NCBI RefSeq assembly: GCF_009914755.1
Contig: NC_060930.1
Length of the DNA: 64,000 bases
Reading direction: 5' to 3' (one strand)
Origin: the human T2T-CHM13v2.0 reference genome, Homo sapiens
Under the pieces are notes generated by a model that searched no databases, was not told the origin of the DNA, and saw only the letters and a program-made list of their open reading frames with translations. Below, in pieces: positions 46,450-63,622 of the stretch. A program made the position numbers and the translations under genes. Within the stretch, counting starts at the first letter, position 1. Every line of letters begins with the position of its first letter.

Positions 46450-46970
46450 ATACCATAGTTAATAATAATGTATCATATAATCAAAATTTGCTGAGAGGGA
46501 TCTCAAGTAATTTCACCACAAAAAAAAGATAAGTATGTGAAGTGATAGATATGTTAAATTAGCTTGACTGTAGTAATCACTTCACAAAGTATGTGTCTAT
46601 TGAAACATCACAGTGAATACCTTAAATATATACAATTTTTATTTGTCAGTCATACCACAATAGATCTGGGAGAACAAAACACACCTATGCTAATTGCTAT
46701 GCCATTGCTAACCAATTTTCTCTTTTTAATTTATTTTTAATCAACAAGTAAGAATTGTATATATTTATGGTATACAATATGTTTTGATATATGTATACAC
46801 TGTGAAATGGCTAAATCAAGTTACTTAATATATGTGTTGCCTCACATTCTTAACATTTTTTTGTGATGAAAATAATTAAAATCTACTCTCTTGGCAATTT
46901 TCAAGTATGCAATATATTGTTTTTATTGTAATCATTATGATGTGCACAGATCTCTTGCTTGAACTTATTG
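46450..46970. mobile_element. Two L1MA/MB 3'-end fragments, tail to tail (+ at about 46450-46680, - at about 46725-46970)
   Basis: gtgaagtgatagatatgttaaattagcttgactgtagtaatc; aattgtatatatttatggtatacaatatgttttga. Confidence 0.72.
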
Positions 46971-47038
46971 CTAACCAGTATTTTTGCACATGGTACTTAA
47001 TGCATTATTATATTGCAGTTGTGTGAGCATATCCTTGA

Positions 47039-47441
<403 letters not shown>

Positions 47442-47559
47442 AATTATTCTTATTTTTTATAAAAAGGAAATATAGTTTTATAAAAATACTTCAAGAGATG
47501 AAGTAGTTTGACATTTAAAATTCTGAACAGCAGGCTGGGTTAGGGTGTACAAAATTTCA

Positions 47560-47935
47560 AGCCCAGTCTAGTCACTGGGGCATATTTCTTCTGCTTCAGA
47601 AGTGTCATTTAGTATACAAAGACTGCAGCCCCAAGGAGTTTCTCACTTTTAGATTACTTCACACTCAAATTCAAGCAATGAATCAAAATTATCATGTAAA
47701 TATTAGCACCAGTTTATGGCTCTAGCACCTTCTGTTCCAGGTAAGCGGATCTCAGCTGTGACTGTCTGCACTCACCTCTCTCTCCAGATGTCAGGGTGGC
47801 AGTTTATCCCTCAACCTTGGTTCGCTTATAGACCAAGAAAAGTCACTGGTTTTCAATTTGTTCAGCTTCTTCTTGTAGTAAAGGTGAGAGTGATGAGTTC
47901 TGAGCTCTTTACTGCTGAAACTAAAACTAGAATCT
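47560..47935 (-). mobile_element. L1MC/MD-type 5'-end fragment
   Basis: ttttcaatttgttcagcttcttcttgtagtaaaggtgagagtgatgagttctgagctcttt resembles old L1M 5' ends. Confidence 0.55.
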
Positions 47936-48039
47936 CAAAAATGATATACTGAGCACTTACTACATGCCTGGCACCATGCAAAATATTTTATAAGCTTCTA
48001 TGCCTTTATTTTCTCAATAACACTGTGGCTCTCTGCTGC

Positions 48040-51660
<3,621 letters not shown>

Positions 51661-51789
51661 AATACTAACTTTCACTGATGAAAAAAACAAATTTTAGACA
51701 TGGAAAATAATAAGTAGCTCATCCACTAGGAGTACAGAACTGCTAGAAATTGCAGAGCTTCTAATTAAACACAGATCTTCCTCACAACA

Positions 51790-52021
51790 TGTTTGGGAAT
51801 CAATTCCCCATGGGTCTCTCACGTTTCTGCACATCTTATGAGTCAAGGCATTGATTGCCATTTGTTTTAGACCATGTTTTCAAGAATTTTTGTATACTGA
51901 CCAGTCCTAGAAATTAAGAGATAGTATCTGCCTCCCAAACAAAGGTGTGCTTGTTGCCCATTATAAAAAAAATTGGGTTCTCTAGGTTCAGAGTTCCTCT
52001 CCTAAAATGAAGCCTATTACA
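51790..52021 (+). mobile_element. LTR47-like LTR, 5' part only
   Basis: caattccccatgggtctctcacgtttctgcacatctt...agagatagtatct; cut off at the Hsmar1. Confidence 0.6.
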
Positions 52022-52023
52022 CA

Positions 52024-53230
52024 TTAGTTTGGAGCAAAAGTCATTGAGATTTTTGCATTGGCATTTGCCATTTGATATTGGAATACATTCTTAAATAAAT
52101 GTGGTTATGTTATACATCACTTTAGTGGGCATTTCTCACTTTATGTTTTTTTGCTAATGATTTCTTACTTGCTGTTTATGTTTATTGCAGACCATGTAAA
52201 TGATGTTAGACAAAAAGTAAATTTGAGCAATTTTCTTATTTGAGTTCAAATTGGGTCGTAAAGCAATGGAAACAACTCACCACATCAACAACACATTCGG
52301 CCCAGAAACTGCTAACAAAGGTACAGTGCAGTGGTGGTTCAAGAAGTTTTGCAAAGGAGAAGAGAGTTTTGAAGTTGAGGAGCACAGTGGCCAGCCATCA
52401 GAAGTTGACAATGACCAACTGAGAGAATCATCGAAGTTGAACCCCCTTACATCTACAAGAGAAGTTGCCAAAGATCTCAACGTCACCCATTCTTCTATGG
52501 TCGTTCAGCATTTGAAGCAAATTGGAAAGGTGAAAAAGCTCAATAAGTGGGTGTCTCATGAGCTGAGTGAAACATTTTTAAAATCGTTTTGAAGCGTCAT
52601 CTTCTCTTATTCTATGCAACAACAACCAACCATTTCTAAATCAGCATGCAATGAAAAGTGGATTTTATATGACAACTGGCAACAACCAGCTAAGTGGTTG
52701 GACTGAGAAAAAGCTCCAAAGCATTTCCCAAAGCCAAACTTGCACCAAAAAAAGGTCATGGTCACTGGTGGTCTGCTGCCAGTCTGATCCTCTACAGCTT
52801 TCTGAATCCAGGCGAAACCATTGCATCTGAGAGGTATGCTCAGCAAATCAGTGAGATGCACTGAAAACTGCAATGCCTGCAGCCAGCATTGGTCAAGAGA
52901 AAGGGCCCAATTCTTCTCCATAACAACGCCCAACTACATGTCTCACAACCAGCTCTTCAAAAGTTGAAGAAATTGGGCTACGAAGTTTTGCCTCATCCAC
53001 CATATTCACCTGACCTCTCATCAACCAACTACCACTTCTTCAAGCGTCTCAACAACTTTTTGCGGGGAAAACACTTCCACAACCAGGGGAATGCAGAAAA
53101 TGCTTTCCAGGAGATTGTCAAATCCCAAAGCACAGATTTTTATGCTACAGGAATAAGCAAACTTATTTCTCATTGGCAAAAATGTGTTGATTGTAATGGC
53201 TCCTATTTTTATTAATAAAGATGTGTTTGA
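52024..53230 (+). mobile_element. Hsmar1 mariner transposon, degraded, right TIR missing
   Basis: Left TIR ttagtttggagcaaaagtcattgagatttt; transposase pieces 52251-52592 (TVQWWFKKF..WVSHEL) and 52889-53215 (HPPYSPDL..WQKCVDCNGSYF). Confidence 0.95.
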
Positions 53231-53497
53231 AAGTAAGTAAAATCTCAGAGAATTCATAGTTCTTGACAAACACTACACTACTATTCCCAGGTGTACTAAG
53301 TGAATACTAGCCATTTCTATCCCTGATTCTTATAAACCTTAAACTTATACAAGATATTCCATTTGGTTGACCCTTATTTTGTTCTCTGTATAACTTATAT
53401 AGTTGACTGTTGAGGACAGGTTTAATCCTTTATTTGTGTTAATATTTAATCCAAAATGCCAGGTAAATCCTTTGAAATCAAAGTTTTCAATAATCTG

Positions 53498-53558
53498 ATA
53501 ACCCAGAGGTCGATGGATCAAAACCATCCTCTGCTACCAAAAAAAAAAAAAAAAAAAA
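53498..53558 (+). pseudogene. Retrocopy of the 3' half of initiator tRNA-Met(CAT), with CCA and poly(A)
   Basis: ATAACCCAGAGGTCGATGGATCaAAACCATCCTCTGCTA matches tRNA-iMet from the anticodon to the discriminator (1 CpG-type mismatch), then CCA at 53537-53539 and an A run to 53558. Confidence 0.92.
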
Positions 53559-53608
53559 GTCAAGTCATCAAAGAATACAAGTTTTAAATTTTCAAGTTTT
53601 TTTTATTA

Positions 53609-53845
53609 ATAAGAGCTAAGTAATGTGTACACACAGACATAGAGAGTGGAATAATAGACACTGGAGGCTCAGAAAGGTGGGAGGATAGGAGGTGGCGGTG
53701 AAGGATGAAATATTACCTATTGGGTACAATGTACACTATTTGCGTGATAGTTACAATAAAAATGAGACTTTACCACTACACAATATATCCATGCAACATG
53801 TATCCTTTGAATTTACAAGAATAAAAACTAAAAATAAATTTTAAA
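53609..53845 (+). mobile_element. L1PB4-type 3' end
   Basis: agagagtggaataatagacactggag...ttacctattgggtacaatgtacactatt. Confidence 0.82.
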
Positions 53846-54002
53846 AAATTCTCAAGTATTTTTAAAGCCTATACTCATTTGTGCATGATTAAGAAACATT
53901 TAAGCAGAGAATTACAGATATGGCATGAACATCAAAGTTTTTCATATTGTTTTCTTGAAAAATCACTTGTTAATAGCTAATTGGAAACAAACTCAAAGAT
54001 AA

Positions 54003-54322
<320 letters not shown>

Positions 54323-55383
54323 TGATGTCATAATTTTAAGATAAATGTTGCCTCTTTGAAGGAGTAGCTCTTTCTTAAGTGTTCAATCTAAAATAGCAGA
54401 AAATACTCAGCTTACAGGTCAATAGTACATTGTTAGTACACTACAGTTAATAAGTATTTACTTAAGCATTCGGTGACTTTAATAATTATTACTATGATGT
54501 AGCCTGAAGTAAAAATGTTAGAAAACACTTTCTAAAACTATATAAGGAGCTACACAGATGGGGAGAGGGTTCAGGGCAGCCTGACTAACGCTTGGTCAAG
54601 CAAAGATTCTTGGTCAGTGTGTTCTGGTATTTTATTAAATACATCATTTTATGGGATATTATAAAGGCTGGTAGTATTATCTTATAAAAATAATGGTTTG
54701 TGCTCTTGGGTTGGAGGTAATCCTCACAGAAACACAGATGTAGGAAATAAAAGTATGGCACAGAGATCAACATTAATTTAATGTAGTGAGATAGTAATTC
54801 AAAGCATTTCTTTATGGTCTTCCCCACCCCTGAGTCCATTATCCTTCAATCTCTGAGGGTTTTCTCCTTTAACTCAACCAGCCTTCAATGCCCACTTCTT
54901 GAGTTCTAAGCATAACATGGCACAGGGACTCAGATAGAAACTTGCAGAGCAAGCCTTTCCTTCCCTTAGACTAAATAAAACATACCACAACTATCTAGAA
55001 AGGAGCAGAGTAAGGACAAGAGGTCTCCAGCCACCACAGGCACAAGCACCAAATCAGTGTCCAGTTGCCCTTCTTTCTATGGTCCAGTGAGCAGCCTGTG
55101 TGTTGCCTTGAATTGTCAGCAGGAATGACAGTCATCTCTGCCTCAACACGTTGCCTAACATCGCCCTCTGACCCTCTCATGGAGGCAATCTCTCCATTCA
55201 CCAACCCGAATATGAGGTGGAGTAGGGTCCTGGATACCTGGCTGGGAGTAGTACCCACCCTGCACACATCTGATCATGGTGAAACTAGACAGAACCAGAT
55301 GTTCTACCTCATCTGAACAGCCATGGACCCCCAAGTATATTACATTAATATAATCACTTGGACACTCTACACGAATATCTAAC

Positions 55384-55914
55384 TGATGGGGTTCAAAACA
55401 TACTACCCAAATCATTGAAACTTGGCACATTGATAACCTGAAGGTATTTGAAAAATAGCACGTGCAGGAAGGTCTCTCTGACCTTCTCCTCACCATCTGT
55501 CTTAAAGCGGGTCAGTAAACCTAGGAAGGATTTTCTTATCTTGCCCCAAAGCAGATCAAGAGACCCTCATATGAAAGATGCCTTCCTATATACACAGTAC
55601 TTTTATCTCTGAAGATGAAGGGTCACAAAGAATATGAACAAACAGATCTTGCCAAGTTGCTCCTAGTTTATTACCATTAGATCATACCCTTTTTGCGCTA
55701 TCCTGTTTCTCCATTACTCTTCATTCTTCATCAAGCCCAGCATAATAATACTCAGGTTCACCTGTTTCTCAGGGTCTTTATTCTACATGAAGCCTCCTAT
55801 GTTGCATAAAATTTATCAAATAAATTTGCATGCTTTTCTCTTGTTAGTCTGTCTTTTGTTATAGGAGCCTTGGTCATGAACCTAAGATGAGGAAAAGATT
55901 TTTTTCTCCCTTAA
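55384..55914 (+). mobile_element. MER31-type ERV1 solo LTR
   Basis: tgatggggttcaaaacatactaccc...tttatctctgaagatgaagggtcaca...atgaacctaagatgaggaaaaga. Confidence 0.75.
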
Positions 55915-57375
55915 ATAATATTATGTATATTATATAATATTATATTATATTATATATTATAATATATATATTATATTATATATTATATATATTATATTAT
56001 ATAATATAATATTATATTATATATTATAATATATATATATTATATTATATATTATATATATTATATTATATATTATAATATATATTATATATTATATATA
56101 ATATATATATTATATATATAATATATATTATATATTATATATAAAATATATAATATATATTATATATATAATATATATTATATATTATATATTATAATAT
56201 ATATTATATATTTTATATTATAATATATATTATATATTTTATATTATAATATATATTATATATTTTATATTATAATATATATTATATATTATATATTATA
56301 TATTATAATATATATTATATATTTTATATTATATATTATAATATATATTATATATTATATATTATATATTATAATATATATTATATATTATATATTATAT
56401 AATATATCTGATATATTATATAATATATTATATATTATATATGTAATATATTATATATTATATATTATATAATATATTATATATTATATATGTAATATAT
56501 TATATATTATATATTATATATTATATAATATATTATATATTATATATGTAATATATTATATATGTAATATATAATACATATATAATATATATAATATATT
56601 ATCTATAATATATATCTATAATATATATAATATATTATCTATAATATATATAATATATTATCTATAATATATATCTATAATATATATAATATATTATCTA
56701 TTATATATAATAATCTATTATATATTATATATAATATATTATATATTATATATTATAATATAATATATAATATAAATATATATAATATATATGTAACATT
56801 ATATATACATATTATATATTATATATATTATATTATAAATATTATATATTATATATATTTATATAATAATATATATAATATATATTATACATATTATATA
56901 TAATAATATATATAATATATATTATACATATTATATATAATATATAATATATATTATACATATTATATATAATATATAATATATATTATACATATTATAT
57001 ATAATATATATTATACATATTATATATAATATATAATATATATTATACATATTATATATAATATATAATATATATTGTACATATTATATATAATATATAA
57101 TATATATTATACATATTATATATAATATATATTATACATATTATATATAATATATATTATATGTTATACATATAATATATAATATATATTATATATTATA
57201 TATAATACAATATATAATATATAAATATAATATATATATTTACATTATATATATTATATAATATATATCATATATATTATATATTATATAATATATATAA
57301 TATAATATATGTATATACATACATATATTATGTATATGTATGTATATAAGTATTAATATTAATACATAATATTAA
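55915..57375. repeat. About 1.45-kb AT-rich (TA)n-derived minisatellite array
   Basis: Almost only A/T; sub-arrays marked by sporadic C or G, including 32/25-bp units at 56880-57170. Confidence 0.97.
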
Positions 57376-58964
57376 TTATGATAACTGATTAAGAATTTTA
57401 ACACAAAACAAAACTGGGAAACACATGGTTCTAATTTAATATCATATTTGATTAGATATGTTGTCTTTAATTATCAAAGTTCTTTATACATTTTAATTAA
57501 GTGCACATATACAAAATTGAAAAGATAATTAAGTTTTAAAAACCTTTTGAACATACTGAAAGTAATCAATGGAGGTTATTTTGAATAACTGAATTATTCA
57601 GTTAGCTAAAATTTACTATATTAAAAATGCAATCTGTAATTCACATATATTAATTCAAATAACCTGGAAAATTATAAAAACGTATTGAGTTAGAAGCAAA
57701 AGGATAATAATGATTCCCCACTTCGGAAAGTAGCTGCAACATGGGCTGTAGCATACCCATTGTTTCTCTCTTACCTAAAATTATCTTCTTTCCAATTTCA
57801 TTAGACTCTCGAATCTTGCCAGAGGGACAAAAACTAATCTACTTGTAATTCAGTGATAGTGTATCACACTAACGTGAGATAGCATGACAAATCAAAATAA
57901 CAGTCATGTTTTTCTCTCTGATTGACAATTTTACAATCTTACCTGGTGATTAGTTGAAACAACTTTTGGAATTCTTCAAAACATTAATTTTTAGCAAAGT
58001 GACCATTTTGATTAGGTTAGGAAGGAAATTGTAGAAACCTTTAATAAAATAACTTAATTCAATAAACAGCTCATCTGTTCAGTTAAAAACACATATTCAT
58101 TTCTATCTTGACTAGATTAGGAACAATGGTGGGCAACACAGGACTGATTTAGTTTTACATAACACTAGACATTCACACCTGAATCTGCCTTTAAAAGTTA
58201 CTTCCACTGGATAGCTGGACTCAATGAAAGGGAAATCTTAACAGAAAAGGGGGAATTCTTACATACCAATTATATATTTAGGAAATGACTTACAGAGACG
58301 CATATATCTTCAGAATGGCCTTTTTCCCTTTTTATGTAAACCAGTATGATCAAGTTAACATTCTAATTTGTAGTAGATGATGTAAAACTTTATTACTTTG
58401 ATTTGGTCCTTTTGTGCAACTATTAATATTATATATTGTCAAATGCTCTAAAACTAATTATTTTTTAAATTCAACAACTTGGTTTTAGATGAGCTTTAGA
58501 TTTCATGAATTTGTTTTTATGTGTGAGTAGAAATAAATAATTATCTCATTAAATAAAATATTTAAAATGTTAAAAAATTAAAAATGTTAAAAAATACTTC
58601 ATGAAATAAAGATAAATTACTAAATAAAATATGAAAATATCAAAATTAGAAATAAAATATTATTCATTTAAACAAAAGTAAATAAAAATGTAAACCTCGT
58701 ACCACATGATCTATAGTGAATTTTGACAGCAGAATAAAAGTGTTTGGCCTGGGGAATGGAAGACACTAAGGTGATGGATTCAGAAACAAACAGGTGGCCA
58801 TTTTTCCAGATGCCTACATGTGGTGTAGGGGAACATGAAGCAAAAGGAATCAGGTTAGAGACCAGAAGCCCCAGGTAGAGGAGCCCAAGGCAAGACAGTA
58901 GTCTGGAGCCAAGGAGGCACTTAGAAAACTGCTCAGAACCATACCCAGTTTGGAATCGTGGTTG

Positions 58965-59150
58965 AGATTTGAACTCAACAAATCAAGTAGGCCTGAGGTC
59001 AAATCCTGGCTCCATCAGTTAGATACTCCTGGGCAACTCATTGTCCTGCCTAAGCTTAGGTTTCTTCAAAATGTAGATGGAAATTATCACAGTACCTACC
59101 TGCTAGGGTTGCTATGAAGAATAATGAGACAACCATCCATAGAATGCCTG
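58965..59150 (+). mobile_element. MIR
   Basis: ggtcaaatcctggctccatc...acagtacctacctgctagggttgctatgaaga. Confidence 0.7.
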
Positions 59151-60249
59151 GCTAGGAAACCATCTCACAATGGGACTAACCCAGCACCTGCAGCTGAGAA
59201 AAGTCACTCTGAGAAATGGTTAAGTTTGGAATCAGGCTAACATAATAGCCTGATTAGAAGTAGCTATTTCGTGGATATAAGACAGATTACAAACGCATAA
59301 ATATGGGGTCAGGCTGCCCATCATACATTTGGGAGTTGGGTCATTTTAAATGTTTGTTTTAAGGGGCTCACAATTTACCCTTAAAAATTCTTGAACTATT
59401 TCTCAGATCCTTAATTATGTGAGTCAAAATAAATTAATAGTTATATAAACCAAGTATGTAAACTTGTCTTTTCACAGTGACAGCTGCAAATACTTTTAAG
59501 GTCAACTATTTTTAAAATATGAGTTCTTTCCCATTAAAAACTCTTAAATATATTTTAATAGTCTGTCCTATCTCAAATTTGATAATACAATATGCATACT
59601 GAACTTTAGGTACAACGCAGAACAGCTTTCCCACTACCAAAGCCAGAGTATAATTGTCTCTTCAATTGCCATTGGTTGTAAGACATACTTCCCCATCACA
59701 CTAGTGGTATGGCATAAAACAGTACTTCACCTATACTAAACAACTGAAAGGTGTTACAATTCATCAACTATTCACTGATTATATATCTGTCTTCTATTAT
59801 ACAAGGAAAAAAATAAAGCAGAGACCCTGCCTGTCACATTTTCCACAAAATCCTCAAAGTCCAGGAAAGACCTGAATAAATAACAAGTTATAATGAAGCA
59901 TTAATATGAGTCACAGAAACAAAACTTCTTTCTAATTTGATGAAAGCTATACATTCACAAACATATCCAAAACAAAAAGGAGTTACTTTGTAAGTACTGA
60001 ACTTTACTATTACAGTATGTTTTCCCACCCACTATCTTAAAATATATAACAGAAAAACATGCCTCGAAATAGCAGACAGGGAGAAAAATACTAACTGGCA
60101 AACTCTGCTAATCAAGCTCGCAGACGGTCATTTTGGGGGTGCAGCTCCTAACACCATGACCACTTAACCAGCTGAATCTAAATACTCCAGTAGCAGCAAG
60201 GCTCCTGCGTCATCTGGACAATTCCAAAGGAAGAGTCGGATAGTTCAGA

Positions 60250-60470
60250 GCCTTCAGAGCCCAGGTTTAGGGTAAGAACAAGCCTGGATTCAAATCCCAA
60301 CTTGGCACACGGGTTGTGTGACCACAGGGCAAGCAATGTATGGCTTTCTCATTTCAGTTTTGTCATCTTTAAAATGAAAAAAGCAGTATCTATTTACAAA
60401 TTGCTTTAAACGGTGTAAGGCATATAGTACAGGCTCAAAAATTACAGCTAGTATCACTATCATTATTACA
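60250..60470 (+). mobile_element. MIR
   Basis: gcctggattcaaatcccaactt...tgtgtgaccacagggcaag...tcagttttgtcatctttaaaatg. Confidence 0.72.
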
Positions 60471-61799
60471 TGACATGTGTCTACTGCCATGTCAAACTTG
60501 TTTCTTTAACTTTGACTATCTTAAATATTTTGTGTGTACATATAATCACACACAGATGCACACACACTTAATAATTATGAGGGCTATCCTTTTATCACTG
60601 GTTCCCTGGTTCTTTGAGCTTTGCCCCAGTTGCATGGCTGTGGGGGAGGAAAGAGATGGATGGAGAAAGTCAGGGGTGAAGGAAGTCAGGGAAATGTATT
60701 TCACATTCAAAAGCCAAATCTGTATAACCACATTGGACCATTTCCTATCTTGATTTTTATGTTGCTGCCTGGATAATGTAGGGCAGCTGCATTTTCTCCC
60801 CTCTTTACAACAGTTTAGTTCAGGGGTGAGAGGAAATGAAAAAGATTGTTTGTCAGGAAATGTTACTGTTTTTCAGCTGAGAACATGCATGGAACAACAG
60901 CTGTTTGTGTAGCAATATGCCGAGACAGTCCCACAAACTCCGGTCACAGGTATAAATAAGGCTGCCACGAACTTGGAAGGCATCAAACTGTCAGAGAAGG
61001 TTCAAAAAAGTCCCCTAGGACTTCCCATAGGTGTAGCATGTAGTCTCCAATTTCTGAACTAAGTTTAATAAAGGCTTCATATATCAGCATGTGATTCTTA
61101 GCATAGTCTAGACCACTGTAATTTCAGCATGGAAAAGATATGACAGACACATACAGAATGCAGTCATAACCACAAGGTTAATTTTCTCCAAGGATAGAAC
61201 TTTTGAAGACTCTTACTAAGTTTTCTGTAGCTGATTTGACCATGAAGTATCATACCACAAACTAATTTCATAAAAACTAAAATTATCTGCTCTTCTAAAA
61301 GTTTTCTATTCAATATAACCTCTATTAGATCTTAAAATCAGTGGAAGTCTACAAGCACACTTGGTTTTCTATATTGTGAAACACACATTGATTTTCTTTG
61401 AATATAAATGTACATTAATCTCCAAATATACTGGGCATGTTTAAGAAAATATAATTCATTTATTTAAATATTAAATTTTTGAATTATTTGGAAATAATTT
61501 GAAAATTTGGAAATTATTAAGATAGATTTTTGGTATAAACCAAATTAACTGCTATATTAGGAGGGTAAAGCAAAAATAAAATAGTTGTAAATAAACACAG
61601 AGAGAATACATTTTTAAACACTAAAAACGCATTGGCTAGTATTAACTATGTTCTTTAATTATGTAAATCATCAATAAAAATATTCAGATAGCAATTACTC
61701 CTTTATTTTTATTTTTCTGCTAGCAAAACTGGACTACCAGGTAGAGAAACATTCCTTTTCTCCTCTGATATAAAGCCAAATACAAATGTTTTAGTTATA

Positions 61800-63622
61800 T
61801 TTTTATGGATTTAGGGGTGCAAGGGCAGTGTTACATGAACATATTGCACAGTCGTGAAGTCTGGGCTTTTAATGTACCCATCACATGGATAATAAACATT
61901 GTACCCAATAAGTAATATTTCATCCCTCGCCTCTCTCCCACCCACTCACAGTTTGGAGTCTCCTGTATTATCCAATCATCCATTGATGGACACTTAGCTT
62001 GATTCCATGGTTTTGCTATTGTGAATAGAGCTGTGATGAACATGTGAGTGCAGGTGACTTTTTGATGTCAAGGTTTATTTTTCTTTGGGTAGATACCCAG
62101 TAATGGGATTGCTGAATCAAAGAGTAGTTATATTTTTAGATCTTCGAGAAATCTCCATACTGTTTTCCATAGAGGCTGTACTAATTCACATTCCCACCAA
62201 CAGTTTATAAGCATTCCCTTTTCTCCATGCCAACATCTGTTGTCGTCTGACTTTTTAATAATAGCCATTCTGAATTGTGTAGGATGGTATCTCATTGTCA
62301 TTTTAATTTGCATTTATTTGATGATTAGTCATGTGGAGCATTTTTTCATATGCTTGTTGACCATTTATATGTGTTTTTTTGAAAAATGTCTGCTCCTGTC
62401 CTTTGCCCACTTTTTAATGGAGTTATTTGGTTTTTTTCTTGTTGGATTGTTTGAGTTCTTTGTAGATTCTGAATATTAGTCCATTGTTGGATGCATAGTT
62501 TGTCAATATTTTCTTCCATTCTGCAGGTTGTCTATTTTTTTTTTCTGTGTAGAAGCTTTTCAGTTTAAGTTCCATTTGTCAATTTTTGTTTTTGTTGCAT
62601 TTCTTTTTTAGGTCTTTGTCATAAATTCTTTCTTAGGCCAATGTCCAGAAGAGTTGTTCCTAGATTTTCTTCCAGCAATTTAATAGTTACAGGTCTTATA
62701 TTTAAGTCATTAATCCATCTTGCGTTAATTTTTTATATGGTGAAAGATGGGGGTCCAGTTTCACGCTTCTGTATATGACAGTGCAGTTTTCCCAGCACCA
62801 TTTATTGAAAAGGATGTCCTTTCCCCAGTGTATTTTTTTTGTCAACTTTGCCAAAGATCAGTTGGTTGTATGTATGTGGCTTTATTTCTGCATTCTCTAT
62901 TCTGTCCCATTTATCTATGTGTCTATTTTTATACCAGTACCCATGCTGTTTTGGTTACTAAAGCCTGTTAGTATAATTTGAAATCAGGTAACGTGATGCT
63001 TCCAGCCTTATTCTTTTTGTTTAGGACTGCTTTGGCTAATTGAACTCTTTTTTGGTTCCCAAAATGTGAACATAAATATGAACTATCTGTACGCATCTGC
63101 AGGTCTAACTCAGAACTAAGGTACATAAAATCGAAAGCAAAACAATGTTTTAAGAATAAAAATAAAAGCTAGGATTGAACACCACAATAAATCAGAAGTA
63201 CTGCTTCGTGTACATACTTAACTATTTACAGATAAAAACAGGCATTACCACAACACTAAATATACTCATTTATATATAAAAAACACAAGTTTCATACATC
63301 ACAAAAAACCTTCCATTATAACACAGAAGTGATGTTACCAGACAAGCTTCAGTGAAGTATACTGCCTTTTCTAGTTGTTATTGTACAATGCTGTAGGTAT
63401 TAATTTAGAATTAATTAATTCTATTAATTTTAGAATTCTTTTTTTCTAATTCTGTGAAGAATAACTTTGGTCATTTGATGAGAGTTGTGTTGAATATGTA
63501 GATTGCCTTGTGCAGTATAGTTATTTTGATGATACTGATTCTCCCAATCCATGGGCATGGGCTATCTTTCCATTTTTGTTTCAACTATGATTTCTTTAAT
63601 CAGTGTTTTGTAGTTCTCCTTG
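61800..63622 (-). mobile_element. L1PB4-type fragment (3'UTR and ORF2 C-terminus) containing a foreign insert
   Basis: tttatggatttaggggtgcaag 3' end; ORF 62128-62313 MQIKMTMRYHPTQFRMAIIKK. Confidence 0.88.
63061..63397 (-). other. Non-L1, 3'UTR-like segment captured inside the L1
   Basis: L1 stops at ttttggttccc (63060) and resumes at taattttagaatt; the intervening sequence is unique and U-rich on the minus strand, with no poly(A) and no TSD. Confidence 0.7.

Noticed and set aside
54995-55496. Overlapping 83-113 aa ORFs in a GC-richer patch
   Set aside because: No recognisable protein or splice context; partly in MER31 and possibly an old repeat.
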